Shown here one piece after another: positions 30,329 to 40,203 of a DNA stretch of 64,000 nucleotides. The translations under genes and the position numbers were made by a program. Source of the stretch: a bacterium (GTDB taxonomy: Bacteria; RBG-13-61-14; DATKZS01); contig CAXXFL010000006.1 of assembly GCA_963674965.2 (NCBI GenBank), positions 32,001-96,000 of the forward strand. The letters are read 5' to 3'. Within the stretch, counting starts at the first letter, position 1. Every line of letters starts with the position of its first letter. Below the pieces are notes generated by a model. It was not told the DNA's origin and searched no databases. It was given only the letters and a program-made list of their open reading frames with translations.

Positions 30329-31083
30329 CTTTCAAATACCTCACAGGCCTCAAATAGATAAACTAAAACTGCGAGTCCAGCCGAGCGCTTGGCCTGGCTG
30401 TCGAAACCTCGCTGGGCAAATAGGCACATAAAATCGAACAAGTCATCACCAGCATGGCCTTCTCGTTTTAACCGATAATATTCTTCAAGAAAACCAGCTT
30501 TCAATTGTTCGGGAAAGTTAGCGTCAGTTTGGGTAACGCTTTCAACATATGCGCGGACCTCACGAGCTACACTTAGTCCCATTGTGATAATGCCGCGAGA
30601 GCCGTTGCCAAGCTCATTTTTCCTTAGCTTGTCCTCTGGTGGGATTAATGAAAAATCTTGTGTGGCTTGGCCTGGCTGTATTTGCAAAATCCATTGAGTC
30701 GCTTCTTCCAATTCGGGAAATCCGACATTTGCAAACGCTTCGGTCATTGCCTCACGAACCTTTCGGACATGTTCTTCTTTTATTGCATGAAGCCGTTCGA
30801 CAGGATAGTCTCTTACTCCTTCAACCCTATCATCTATTATGTCGTGGCATGTACCACATACGTAAATCAAGTTGTTATAGTGGTTACGCTCTTTATCCGT
30901 CATCGAAGGATTGTAGCGGGCTGCAGTTGGATTCTCACCGGCAATATGAGCTGCTTTTCCAATATTAATAGGATTTCCACCACTACCCTCGGGAGTCAAC
31001 GTGCGCCCACAACCTGGAATAGCACACCTATCTCCGCTGCGATAGGCAAGGAGTAGTTTAGTTGGATAAGAAACAGTGCTCAT
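30325..31083 (-). CDS. lmuA: Lamassu/ABC-3C effector: HNH endonuclease with C-terminal adaptor
   Basis: RSGDRCAIPGC, AAHIAG, NLIYVCGTCHDIID; C-terminal AVLVYLFEACEVFE. Confidence 0.82.
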   Translation of the reverse strand: MSTVSYPTKLLLAYRSGDRCAIPGCGRTLTPEGSGGNPINIGKAAHIAGENPTAARYNPSMTDKERNHYNNLIYVCGTCHDIIDDRVEGVRDYPVERLHAIKEEHVRKVREAMTEAFANVGFPELEEATQWILQIQPGQATQDFSLIPPEDKLRKNELGNGSRGIITMGLSVAREVRAYVESVTQTDANFPEQLKAGFLEEYYRLKREGHAGDDLFDFMCLFAQRGFDSQAKRSAGLAVLVYLFEACEVFER

Positions 31084-31160
31084 ACAGCCACCTCCCCGTT
31101 CATCAGGCGGGGTAGGAGCAAATCGTTGGCTCCCGTAAGTTTCCGGTTCTGCAATATTAG
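31080..31160 (-). pseudogene. hsdS: 3' remnant of type I RM specificity subunit
   Basis: LQNRKLTGANDLLLPRLMNGEVAV* resembles the conserved HsdS C-terminus; rest of gene absent. Confidence 0.7.
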
Positions 31161-31839
31161 GAACTTAAGTCGGGAGATTAAGGAGCTTTTCTGTGAGAAG
31201 TCTTCCCTGGTCATGCCTGCCTCCTTGACCATAGTATGCAGCAAGGGACGCAGGGATGCAATGAGAGCCAATAAAAGATCGAACGTTCAGCCCTTTGAGA
31301 GCAATAAGAGAATAGACTTTGAGTTCTTTTGGTCATTACATTCCTCTGGTTTTATATTATGGCCCAAGCCAGAGTCCCTGACAAGCAGAATTTTATTCTA
31401 GGAGTCTGTCTGACAGCGCAAACTTACCTATAAGTATTTCCCTATTTATCTGAAATATCATTGAGATAAATGATCTCAACCTTCCAACACTATGGGGTTC
31501 CCACTACAACATTTATCCCCTCAACAAGTGCCGGTGGGCGAATAAGCTTTTAAAATAAACCGCAGGCGTTCCGTCCACATGACAGGTATTCCAGGTCCAG
31601 GGTCGCCCATCCCGCCTGGGCGGCGAAAGCCGTAGCTTGATCCTCCTTGCTCCATAAGCCCGCAGACAATCGCGCTCGGCGTCCATCAGATAGACAGGGC
31701 AATAACCTCTTCTCCCGAGTTGACAGCCCGTTCGCTTCGCTCACCCACGCAAGACGCGAGACCCTGAATTAAAAAGCGCGCGGACCCTTTGCCCGAGCGG
31801 TTTCACCGGGCCCGGGCGTTTTGCGGACAGCGGGTCGGG

Positions 31840-33300
31840 CTACCCTTGTTTTTGTCTGAACTCCCGATAGTCGGCCATGGCCCTGATGGAGGCGCAGGCG
31901 GTTTCGATGGTGGGAAAGATCGAGTTCTTCTGCTCCTCGAAGACGGTCTTGAAGATGGACTCGGTCGAGTCGCGGAAGTTCGAGACCGTGTAAAGGGGGA
32001 CCTCGAAGCGCCTGGTCATGTTGTCCAGGGCGTCGGCAAAGGCCTTGAAGGTCTTGGACAGTTTCCTCCACATGTTCTCGAAGGCCTCCATTTGCGCCTG
32101 GTCCCGGGCGTTGGCCTTGTCCCTGGTGCGGGGCGTTCCCATGAAGAGCATCATGACCGCGTCCACTTCCCCGCTGGACATGAGGGTGGTGAGGATGGGG
32201 AGGATGGTCTGGAAGTTGTTGCCCGCCACCAGGTCGATGGGATTGCCGGGGACCCACCAGTCGGGCATCATCTTGCCTATCTTGGCCAATGTCTGATCGC
32301 TGAGCTTGACCACCTCGAGGCCCAAGTCGGAGCAGGCGTCGGAGGCGATGACGCCCAGACCGCCGCCGCCCGTGACTATTCCCACCCTTTTGCCCTTGGG
32401 CAGAGGCCGGTTGACGAAGGCCCCGGCGATGGTCCCCGCCTCCTGGATGGAACTTGCCCGCGTGACGCCAGACTGCCGGCAAACCGCGTCGAACAGGTCG
32501 TCGCTCACGGCCATGGCGCCGGTGTGCGACCCGGCCGCGCTTATGCCCGAGTTGGTGCGGCCCCCCTTCAGCACGACCACCGGCTTCTTCAGCGCGGCCC
32601 GCCTCGCGCTCTCGAGGAAACTCTGGCCGTCGGTCAGGCCCTCGAGGTAACTGAGTATCACCTCCGTCTCCGGGTCGTCGGCCAGGTATTGGAAGTAGTC
32701 GCTCGACTTTATGTCCGCCTCGTTTCCGCTCGAGACCCCCTTGGAAACTCCGAGCCCGGATTTCACTATCTCCTCGATCAAAAGGCCCTGCACGTTGCCG
32801 CTCTGGCTTAAAACCGCCACCGGCCCGGGACGAGGATAATAGAAATGGGGCATCCAGGCGTACAGATTGGCGGAGGGACAACACACGCCCTGGCCGTTGG
32901 GACCGGCCAGGACCATCCCGCCTTGGCGGGCCCTTTTCGTGAGCTCGAGTTCGAGGTCCTCGAAATCGCCGCCCAGTTCCTTGAAGCCGGCGCTTATGAC
33001 CATGCCCGCCTTGACGCCCTTGGCCACGCAGTCGTCCACCGATTCTATCACCATGCGGGCCGGCACGGTGAAGACGGCCATGTCAACCTCGCCGGGTACG
33101 TCCCGGACCGACGGGTAGGCCTTGAGATCGAGCACCGTGTCGCGGCTGGGATTGACCGGATAGAGTTTGCCTTCATATCCGCCGGAGATGAGGTTGTTGA
33201 GCACGATAAAGCCCCACTTGGTCAGCGCCTCCGTTGCTCCCACGAAAGCTATGGATTTGGGTTTGAACAGGTAGTCCAGGTTCTTCAGTCTCGGGTCCAT
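31840..33300 (-). CDS. Acyl-CoA synthetase (NDP-forming) alpha subunit / CoA-binding protein
   Basis: LFKPKSIAFVGA, ISAGFKE, GPNGQG, SQSG, SSGNEAD, AAGSHTGAMA, NPIDL. Confidence 0.9.
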   Translation of the reverse strand: MDPRLKNLDYLFKPKSIAFVGATEALTKWGFIVLNNLISGGYEGKLYPVNPSRDTVLDLKAYPSVRDVPGEVDMAVFTVPARMVIESVDDCVAKGVKAGMVISAGFKELGGDFEDLELELTKRARQGGMVLAGPNGQGVCCPSANLYAWMPHFYYPRPGPVAVLSQSGNVQGLLIEEIVKSGLGVSKGVSSGNEADIKSSDYFQYLADDPETEVILSYLEGLTDGQSFLESARRAALKKPVVVLKGGRTNSGISAAGSHTGAMAVSDDLFDAVCRQSGVTRASSIQEAGTIAGAFVNRPLPKGKRVGIVTGGGGLGVIASDACSDLGLEVVKLSDQTLAKIGKMMPDWWVPGNPIDLVAGNNFQTILPILTTLMSSGEVDAVMMLFMGTPRTRDKANARDQAQMEAFENMWRKLSKTFKAFADALDNMTRRFEVPLYTVSNFRDSTESIFKTVFEEQKNSIFPTIETACASIRAMADYREFRQKQG

Positions 33301-33450
33301 GTTTTTTCCTTTAACGCCCGGTATTCAGCTTCTTTTTATTTTGGTCCGCTTTCCCCGCGGGATAACTTTCGTTATCTGATTTGACCGACTTATAACCGGC
33401 GAAAAGGCCGGCTTTTTTTACGAGCGTTCTAAATTTAGCTCATTATCTCG

Positions 33451-33957
33451 TCATTGGCAAGCCAATTCTATCGCCAGATATGACGAAGACTCCAATTCTT
33501 CGCCCGACCCGGTCCTCCCGAAAAAGGTGACTCGCGCCAGGTATGGACGAGAGGGGTTGCTCTTGTCCAGCACGATCATCCGCTCCACCCGTCCCGGCAA
33601 TAAGACAAGACCTTTCAGATTGACGCTCTCACCTGGAGGCAGTTCCCCCTCGAGAGCGAAAATAAGGGGAGTAACCGGAACGGAACCGGGGCCATGACCG
33701 ACGAGGTCTACCCTGTATGAATCGAGACAAACCTTTTCATCCAATGGATTGTTAACGGCCAGATCGAAGCCGAGGTCGGAGTTATGCCTGCACTGCCGGA
33801 GGATGGAAACGCTTATATCCTCCGCTCGATACCGCCGGGAAGGAAGTTCCTCTCGATTTTCCATATAGAGAAGACCGCTTGAAAGGTTGACCAGCAATAA
33901 ACCCACGGCCACGGAAAACAAAGGGCGGGAGTCCGCGCCAAGCCAAGATATTTTCAT
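33451..33957 (-). CDS. Hypothetical membrane-anchored protein (weak LEA_2-like resemblance)
   Basis: N-terminal hydrophobic helix, FDLAVNNP motif, co-oriented with neighbours. Confidence 0.55.
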   Translation of the reverse strand: MKISWLGADSRPLFSVAVGLLLVNLSSGLLYMENREELPSRRYRAEDISVSILRQCRHNSDLGFDLAVNNPLDEKVCLDSYRVDLVGHGPGSVPVTPLIFALEGELPPGESVNLKGLVLLPGRVERMIVLDKSNPSRPYLARVTFFGRTGSGEELESSSYLAIELACQ

Positions 33958-34101
33958 CTTCCACCTGAGCCTTCGAGCTTGGGCGACCACGCGATACCGG
34001 CATGAATTATAATGCGGTGGTTTTCAAATGTCAATACGGGCGTCAGGAAATCGGATGGGGACGGTCCGTTTCCCGCGGGTAACCGTGTATTCGATCCTCC
34101 C

Positions 34102-34755
34102 CTACCCTACTCTAAGTCCGGAGATTTTAATGGCCCCGCGATGGTATCCGTCGGGGAAGAGCTTTTCCATCTCGTCCAGCGAAAGGCGGTTGGCCTCGCA
34201 AGCGTCATACACGGTGGGAACGACTCCGGTTTCCCTGAAGCTTCGTCTCAAATAATTAATGACCTCCCAGTGCTTCTCGGTTAATCCCTGGGGGAGTTTC
34301 ATCTCGTGGGCCTTGTACCTGGCGTAATCCTCGTCCCAGTCCTGGGGATGTATAAGGAAACCCCGGACGTCGAGACGATAGACCTTTTCCACTAAAACGG
34401 GTTTTATCCGTTCCTCCGGTCTTATCCATCCCACCACTCCGTAGCCGTCCTTATAGGTCAGGCCCGCCAGCTTGCAAGCCCCTCTTAAGTATCCGGAAGG
34501 AAACAATTTTTGCAGGTCTTGAACGCGAAGGCCATTGGCCCGGCAGGTCTCGTAGACAAGGGGACATTTGCCCGATTTGGCAAAGGAATCGCGGATGAAC
34601 TTGATTATTTTCCAATGGTCGCCCGTAAGCCCTCCGTTGGAAATCATGTCCCTGGACAGAATAGTCGCGAAGTTTTCATCCCAGTCATGGAAGTCCACCA
34701 GAAAGCCCTTCTCGTCGACTTCATATTTTTTATTGCCCAGAGTTAAATCGCTCAT
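34102..34755 (-). CDS. Tandem two-domain TusE/DsrC-family protein
   Basis: Two repeats: VDEKGFLVDFHDWDE...HWKIIKFIR...LFPSGYLRGACKLAGL and LDVRGFLIHPQDWDE...HWEVINYLR...LFPDGYHRGAIKISGL. Confidence 0.88.
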   Translation of the reverse strand: MSDLTLGNKKYEVDEKGFLVDFHDWDENFATILSRDMISNGGLTGDHWKIIKFIRDSFAKSGKCPLVYETCRANGLRVQDLQKLFPSGYLRGACKLAGLTYKDGYGVVGWIRPEERIKPVLVEKVYRLDVRGFLIHPQDWDEDYARYKAHEMKLPQGLTEKHWEVINYLRRSFRETGVVPTVYDACEANRLSLDEMEKLFPDGYHRGAIKISGLRVG

Positions 34756-34799
34756 TTTTCATCTCCTTTTGAAAATCTTTTTTCTGTTTACAATATTCT

Positions 34800-34815
34800 A
34801 GCAACGAACGTGCCC
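34800..34815 (-). promoter_or_regulatory. sigma54 (-24/-12) promoter of the dsrC-like gene
   Basis: Minus strand GGGCAC-GTTCG-TTGCT with canonical spacing; AT-rich tract just upstream. Confidence 0.65.
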
Positions 34816-35032
34816 GAGGATGCGCGTTCGTAATTCATTAATTTAATTAAATATTTCCACAAGACCAAACGGCCGGTTGCTTTATCGGCTCCTTTTGGCC
34901 GTCAATTTTTTTGTCATGTTGTAAGAGGGGAAAACGTCCTGGAGGGTTTAAAAAGATGGAGCCGGCAATTTCTCAGGCCGGCCCCATCCTGGCGTTGGAT
35001 TGCTCGGGAGGGAGCATGAGCGATCAAGCCGT

Positions 35033-37030
35033 CTAAATCGACTTTCCCGCTTTGTGTCCCTGGTGGACCGCGTCAAAGGCCAGGCCGATTCTTCCCGCGT
35101 CTCCCACTACCTGGAAGGCGACGCCCATTTTCCCGAGTTTCTCGGCAAGTGGGTTGTAAGACGCGCTTCCAGCGGCCATGACTATGGTGTCGGCTTGAAT
35201 TTCCTCCACCCCGTCAGGCCCTTCCACCTTGACCCCGGAGTCGGTAAACTCGAGGGCCTTGGTCCCTGTAAGGACCTTCACCTTGCCTCTGTCTATGTCC
35301 TGCATCATGCCCCAGCGGGTGGACTTGCCAATGTCCTTGCCCACCTTGTCTATCATCTCGATGACGGTCACGTCCTTGGTCCCGCGCGTGGCCATCTCGT
35401 AGAGTCCCTCGTGGTCCTCGGCCTTGTTCACGAGCAGGAACTTGATGGCCTCGCCCGAGAGGGTCCCCTTCTCGGCCAGAAACAGGGCCGTCTCGATGCC
35501 CACGGCCCCGCCGCCGACGACCACCACCTTTTTTCCGGTCAGGCTCTTGCCGCTAAGGACGTCCCAGGCCTGGACCACGCTTGGCCTTTTGGCGCCGGGG
35601 ATGGGAGGAGTTAGAGGCACGGCCCCCGTGGCCAGGATGACCTTGTCCGGCTTTTCCGATTTCACGGTCTCCTCGCCGACTTCCCGATTTAATACGACCT
35701 TGACGCCCTTGACCTCCATCTGCCGGGCCAGGTCCCGGGCCAGTTCCTTGAACTCCTCCCGCCCGGGAGGCGAGCCGGCCAGGTGAAGCTGTCCTCCCAG
35801 CTTGCCGCTCTTCTCGTAAAGGGTCACCTCATGGCCCGAGTCATGGGCCGACAGGGCCGCGCTCATACCCGCCGCGCCGCCGCCGACCACCATCACCTTG
35901 CTCGCCTTTTGGGTCTTTTGTCCGGACTCCTCATGCTCGTGCCCGGCCCGAGGATTGCAAAGGCACTCGACCGACTTCATCTTGAACAAATGATCGAAGC
36001 ACCCCTGGGCACAGGCCACGCAATGAATAATGTCGTTTTCCTTTCCGTCCTTGGCCTTGCTCGGGAGGTATGGGTCCGCGATCAGGCTCCTGCCCATGGC
36101 CACCATGTCGCACATGCCGTCCGCTATCATCTCTCGGGCCAGGGACGGATCGTTTATGCGGTGGCTGGCGATGACGGGCACGTTCACCGACTCCTTGATG
36201 CCCCTGGCCAGGTAGGCGAACACTCCCCTCGGCACGGAAGCCACTATCTGCGGGACCCGAGCCTCGTGCCAGCCCACGTTGACGCAGATGGCGTCCACCC
36301 CGGCCCCATCAAGGGCCGCCGCCCACCTCCTAAGCTCGAGACGGCCCTGGCCGCCGGGCATGAAGTCGTTTCCGTTCATACGAACTATGAAAGGATAGTC
36401 CTTCCCGACCAGTTCCCGAATGGCCGCCACCACCTCGAGACCGAAGCGCATGCGGTTCTCAAGGGGACCTCCATAATCGTCCTTTCTCTGATTGGTAAGA
36501 GGAGACAAAAACTCGCTGATCAAATAACCCGTGCCCGCCAGTATCTCGACCGCGTCGTAGCCCGCCTTCTTGACTCTCGAGGCCGCCAGGGCAAAGGCGT
36601 CGATGGTCGTCTTGATCTCGTCTGTGGTCATCTCCCTGGGGGTCTCCCTTGTAAGGCGGGAAGCCACGGCGGAGGGAGCCACCGGCGTCTTGCCGTTCAG
36701 GAAAAAGGAGAAGTTATAGCGCCCGGCGTGGTTGAGCTGCACCACCGACCTGGACCCGTTCTGCTTGATGGCGTCCGAGAGCCTGGCAAGGCCGGGAATA
36801 AAGGCGTCGTCATGGGCCCCGATGTTGGTCGCGTTGCCGGACAGTTCATCCACCGTCGCGTAGCCGACGCAGATGGCGCCCGCCCCGCCTCTGGCCCTCT
36901 CGGCGTAGAACTCGGCCAGTTGGTCGGTCACCTCGAAGTTCCGGGCCATGCCCAGGTGCATGGCCGGCATGTAAATACGGTTCTTCACTTCCATGCCGTT
37001 GATTATTATCGGCTTGAATAACGGGTCCAT
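35033..37030 (-). CDS. fadH: NADH:flavin oxidoreductase, 2,4-dienoyl-CoA reductase-like
   Basis: OYE barrel (FYAERARGG, QLNHAGRY, GYLISEFLSP, GWHEARVP), CVACAQGC Fe-S motif, two Rossmann motifs. Confidence 0.82.
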   Translation of the reverse strand: MDPLFKPIIINGMEVKNRIYMPAMHLGMARNFEVTDQLAEFYAERARGGAGAICVGYATVDELSGNATNIGAHDDAFIPGLARLSDAIKQNGSRSVVQLNHAGRYNFSFFLNGKTPVAPSAVASRLTRETPREMTTDEIKTTIDAFALAASRVKKAGYDAVEILAGTGYLISEFLSPLTNQRKDDYGGPLENRMRFGLEVVAAIRELVGKDYPFIVRMNGNDFMPGGQGRLELRRWAAALDGAGVDAICVNVGWHEARVPQIVASVPRGVFAYLARGIKESVNVPVIASHRINDPSLAREMIADGMCDMVAMGRSLIADPYLPSKAKDGKENDIIHCVACAQGCFDHLFKMKSVECLCNPRAGHEHEESGQKTQKASKVMVVGGGAAGMSAALSAHDSGHEVTLYEKSGKLGGQLHLAGSPPGREEFKELARDLARQMEVKGVKVVLNREVGEETVKSEKPDKVILATGAVPLTPPIPGAKRPSVVQAWDVLSGKSLTGKKVVVVGGGAVGIETALFLAEKGTLSGEAIKFLLVNKAEDHEGLYEMATRGTKDVTVIEMIDKVGKDIGKSTRWGMMQDIDRGKVKVLTGTKALEFTDSGVKVEGPDGVEEIQADTIVMAAGSASYNPLAEKLGKMGVAFQVVGDAGRIGLAFDAVHQGHKAGKSI

Positions 37031-37048
37031 TCGATTCTCCTTTTCCTT

Positions 37049-39286
37049 TTATATTGTCTCGACCCTGCACGGCACGAACCTGTGGAGGGGCGTGCCGGCC
37101 AGCTTGTCCCGATGCGTGTTCTTGGTCAGCCGGTTCACGTTGGCTCCGTAAACCGATCCCTCGTAAACCAGCCCGAAGCCGTGGGGCATGATTACCATGC
37201 CGGGCCTCGCGTCCCCGGTGACCTCCAGCTCGATCTCGACGGAGCCGGCCGAGGTCGATACCCGGACGGTCTGGCCGTCCTCCATCCCAAGGGCCTCAGC
37301 GTCCGCCGGGCTCATGGCCAGGGTGCAGGCCCGGCGTCCCTCATTCCAGGCCGGGTCCCGCATTAAGGTGTTGGCGTTCATGTTCATGTGCCGCCCGGCC
37401 ATTAAAAGAAGAGGCATGTCCATCTCGTCGGCCAGGGCCTTTTGCTCGGAGACCGCGTCGATTCCGCCGATCCAGTCGGCCACCTCGCCGAACTCGATAT
37501 TGATCTTCCCGTCCGCCGTCCTCACCAACTCGAGGTTCTCGGAAGGATCGCATTTGCCTACCCATATGCCCTCGGGATGATCGAGCAGGGCCTGGAATAT
37601 CCGCTCGCCCATGAGCGGACCCGGCTCGAATCCGGCCCTCTCGGCGTTGGCTCGAAAAGCCGCCGGCGCGGTCTGAAGGAGTCCCCACAAAGCCGCCAGG
37701 TTGCCCGAGCACAGGGCCTGGCCAAGGGTCATGGACACGACGAAGGGCATAGCCCCGAGGGCCTTGGGATTTTCCTTCACGAACTTCAAAAGGGCCATGC
37801 CGAACTGGGGCCTGCCCTCCCCGGCCGCCTTGTATAGCTCGTCCGGAAGCTCCGGAACAAGCCCCGCCTTTTTGGCGATCATGGTAATGATCTCGCCCGT
37901 CTCGAGCCTTTCTCCCATTGGCTCGAGCACGGGACGTCTCAGTTGGAAGAAAACCTCGGGAAAGTTCCAGGGAAAGAACGTGCCGTCCCACGACTCGTAA
38001 CCCGAGCGGGCGGGCAAAACGTAATCAGACATGGCCGCGGTCTCGGTCATGGCCAACTCGATGGTCACTAAAAGATCGAGCTTATCGAATGCCTCCTCAT
38101 AAGCCGCGGTGTCGGCGTAGGACCGAAGCGGGTTCGAGCCGCTGCAAAGCACAGCTCGAAGGCGCTCGGGCTTGTCGCTCATTATTTCCTCCGGCATCAC
38201 GTTGGGCGGATAATATCCCATGATGGGGCGAAAGCCCGTCTCGACCGTCCGCCAAAGCTTCGGATCGGAGGCGTCCGAATGCGACCCCAGCGGCATTACC
38301 GTGCCGGGAATTACCTGTCCTCCCGGAACGCCGATCCGGCCGCAGACGGCCAGAAGGATTATCTCGAGGGCGGTCACGGCCGTCGAGTGCCGGTTCATGA
38401 AAACGCCTAGGTCCGGGTGCATGCAGGATTTTTTCGTGGCCACCAGCCGGCAGACATTCTTTACCTCCTCGAAGTCCAGCTCGCAAACCTCGATCGCGGC
38501 CCGGGCGTCGAAGCCTTCGAAAAGCGGCCTTATCTTGTCGAAGCCGGTGACGTGTTTTTCGATGTACTCCTTGTCGTGCCATCCCTCGGCCAGGATGATG
38601 GATATCATGGCCCGGGTCAGGAGGGCGTCGGTCCCCGGCCGGATGGCCAAGTGGATATCCGCGATACTGGCGGTCTCTGATTTCCGAGGGTCGATCACGA
38701 CAAGGGTCTTCTCCGGGTCCGCGGCGAACTCCTTTAGGAACCTCGGGGCCTGGGGCATCTGGTGGCTCATCATACCGTTCCAGCCGATGGCGAGAAACAC
38801 GTCGCATCGGTGGTGGTCCGCGAAACCGGCCATGTACTGCCTGCCCAGGGCCTGGCCCCAGGACCAGAAGAACCCCGTAAGCTCCTGGGCCATGGCGTTG
38901 TAATGGTATTGCGAGCCCAGCCCCGCCATGAGGGACCGGCCAAAGGCCGCCTCGAAGTGACACCCCTGGCCGCCTCCGCCCATGTAGGCGAAAGAGCGAG
39001 GACCATGCTCGTCAACGATGGCTCTCAGCTTCGCTCCAATCTCGGTCGCCGCCGTCTCCCAACTCACGCGCTCGAACTTATCCCCCACCCTTTTCAGCGG
39101 ATAATCAAGGCGCTGGGCGTGATGCTCATGAAAGGCAAGGTTCCGGCCCTTGCGGCAGAAATAGCCCTCGCTCCGAAGGTTCGACTTGTCCGGCCGCACC
39201 TTGACGATCCGGTTGTTCTCGATCAGGGTCTCGAGACCGCAGTTTTGCGCGCAAAGCACGCAGGAGGTTTTTTTCCATTTTTCCAT
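37049..39286 (-). CDS. Molybdopterin (bis-MGD) oxidoreductase, substrate unknown
   Basis: CVLCAQNCG...FCRKG [4Fe-4S] motif, VIDPRKSETA, IRPGTD, SDYVLPA, PGMVIMPHGFG. Confidence 0.92.
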   Translation of the reverse strand: MEKWKKTSCVLCAQNCGLETLIENNRIVKVRPDKSNLRSEGYFCRKGRNLAFHEHHAQRLDYPLKRVGDKFERVSWETAATEIGAKLRAIVDEHGPRSFAYMGGGGQGCHFEAAFGRSLMAGLGSQYHYNAMAQELTGFFWSWGQALGRQYMAGFADHHRCDVFLAIGWNGMMSHQMPQAPRFLKEFAADPEKTLVVIDPRKSETASIADIHLAIRPGTDALLTRAMISIILAEGWHDKEYIEKHVTGFDKIRPLFEGFDARAAIEVCELDFEEVKNVCRLVATKKSCMHPDLGVFMNRHSTAVTALEIILLAVCGRIGVPGGQVIPGTVMPLGSHSDASDPKLWRTVETGFRPIMGYYPPNVMPEEIMSDKPERLRAVLCSGSNPLRSYADTAAYEEAFDKLDLLVTIELAMTETAAMSDYVLPARSGYESWDGTFFPWNFPEVFFQLRRPVLEPMGERLETGEIITMIAKKAGLVPELPDELYKAAGEGRPQFGMALLKFVKENPKALGAMPFVVSMTLGQALCSGNLAALWGLLQTAPAAFRANAERAGFEPGPLMGERIFQALLDHPEGIWVGKCDPSENLELVRTADGKINIEFGEVADWIGGIDAVSEQKALADEMDMPLLLMAGRHMNMNANTLMRDPAWNEGRRACTLAMSPADAEALGMEDGQTVRVSTSAGSVEIELEVTGDARPGMVIMPHGFGLVYEGSVYGANVNRLTKNTHRDKLAGTPLHRFVPCRVETI

Positions 39287-39343
39287 TTCTCACCTCGCCT
39301 TCATCATCGAGCCGATTCCTTGTCATTACCGTCCAGCATTTTC

Positions 39344-39357
39344 GTTAGCATACTAAC
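39344..39357. promoter_or_regulatory. Putative MarR operator
   Basis: Near-palindrome GTTAGCATACTAAC; related copy (rc GTTAGCATACGAAG) at 39806-39819 in front of the marR gene. Confidence 0.6.
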
Positions 39358-39374
39358 TTGACCTCGAAAAAAAA

Positions 39375-39797
39375 TTACATAATGTCCCGAAGCAGGCGCT
39401 TTAAAAGCACCCTCTCCTCGAGACTGAAGGGGGCAAGGATTTCGTCGTTGGCCTTTTTCCTCTCCCCGATGAGTTCGTCCTTTATCTCCTCGGCCTTTTT
39501 CGAGGTGTAAATCCTCTGCACCCTGCCGTCGTCGGGGTCGGGCATCTTCTCGATCCAGCCCCCATCCACCATCCTGTCAAGCACGCCGGACAAGGTCGCC
39601 TTGTCGAGCACCAGTATCTTACCCAGCTCCGTGGCCGTGAAACCCTGCTTAACCCACAGGGCCTCCAGCACCAGATGCTGGATGTTGGTAAGCCCGTAAG
39701 GATCGAGCCTTCCCTTGAAAATCCCATGAGCGCGCTGGTAAGCCTTGGCCAGCAAAAAGATGACGCACTCGGGCGCATGTGACGTTTGTTCGGTCAT
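39375..39797 (-). CDS. MarR-family transcriptional regulator
   Basis: GLTNIQHLVL, ELGKILVLDKATLSGVLDRM, DPDDGR. Confidence 0.93.
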   Translation of the reverse strand: MTEQTSHAPECVIFLLAKAYQRAHGIFKGRLDPYGLTNIQHLVLEALWVKQGFTATELGKILVLDKATLSGVLDRMVDGGWIEKMPDPDDGRVQRIYTSKKAEEIKDELIGERKKANDEILAPFSLEERVLLKRLLRDIM

Positions 39798-39854
39798 GCA
39801 ATATCCTTCGTATGCTAACCATATCCCTAAAGAACGGCCTTGTCAAGAATAATT

Positions 39855-40203
39855 ATTGACATACATCTTCCTCTGGGGCAAATTTTTGCCATGGTCAGGA
39901 TGGAAGAACCGTTGTTCCTCACGCGCCCCACCCGTTGCCCAGCGGGGCAACGGGAGACAGCAAACGTTATCGGTTAGACAAGGTACCCTATAAATGGGAG
40001 GACTTTTTGATTCTGCCCGTAACTGGCTCCGAGGTATCGCGAATAAAAACGCGCGAGCGCGCCGGGCGGCCCCTCGGCGAAAAGGACTTCGTCGCGGGAC
40101 TCGAGACCGCCCTCAGCCGCCGCCTCGCCCCCCAAAAGCCGGGCTCAAAGCCTGAAAAGAAGTGAGTTCAGTATGCTGTCCCCAGATTTTTGTCCCCAGA
40201 TTT
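39855..40203 (+). mobile_element. Internally deleted RAYT (Y1/HUH) transposase element, copy 1 (left IR missing)
   Basis: Frameshifted RTVVPHAPH.VAQRGNGRQQT joined to RERAGRPLGEKDFVAGLE..RRLAPQKPG; right end AGTATGCTGTCCCCAGA plus a partial repeat. Confidence 0.8.

Noticed and set aside
26600-31800. tRNA/att site or integrase bounding the defence island
   Set aside because: None recognised; no clear target duplication around the IS3 element
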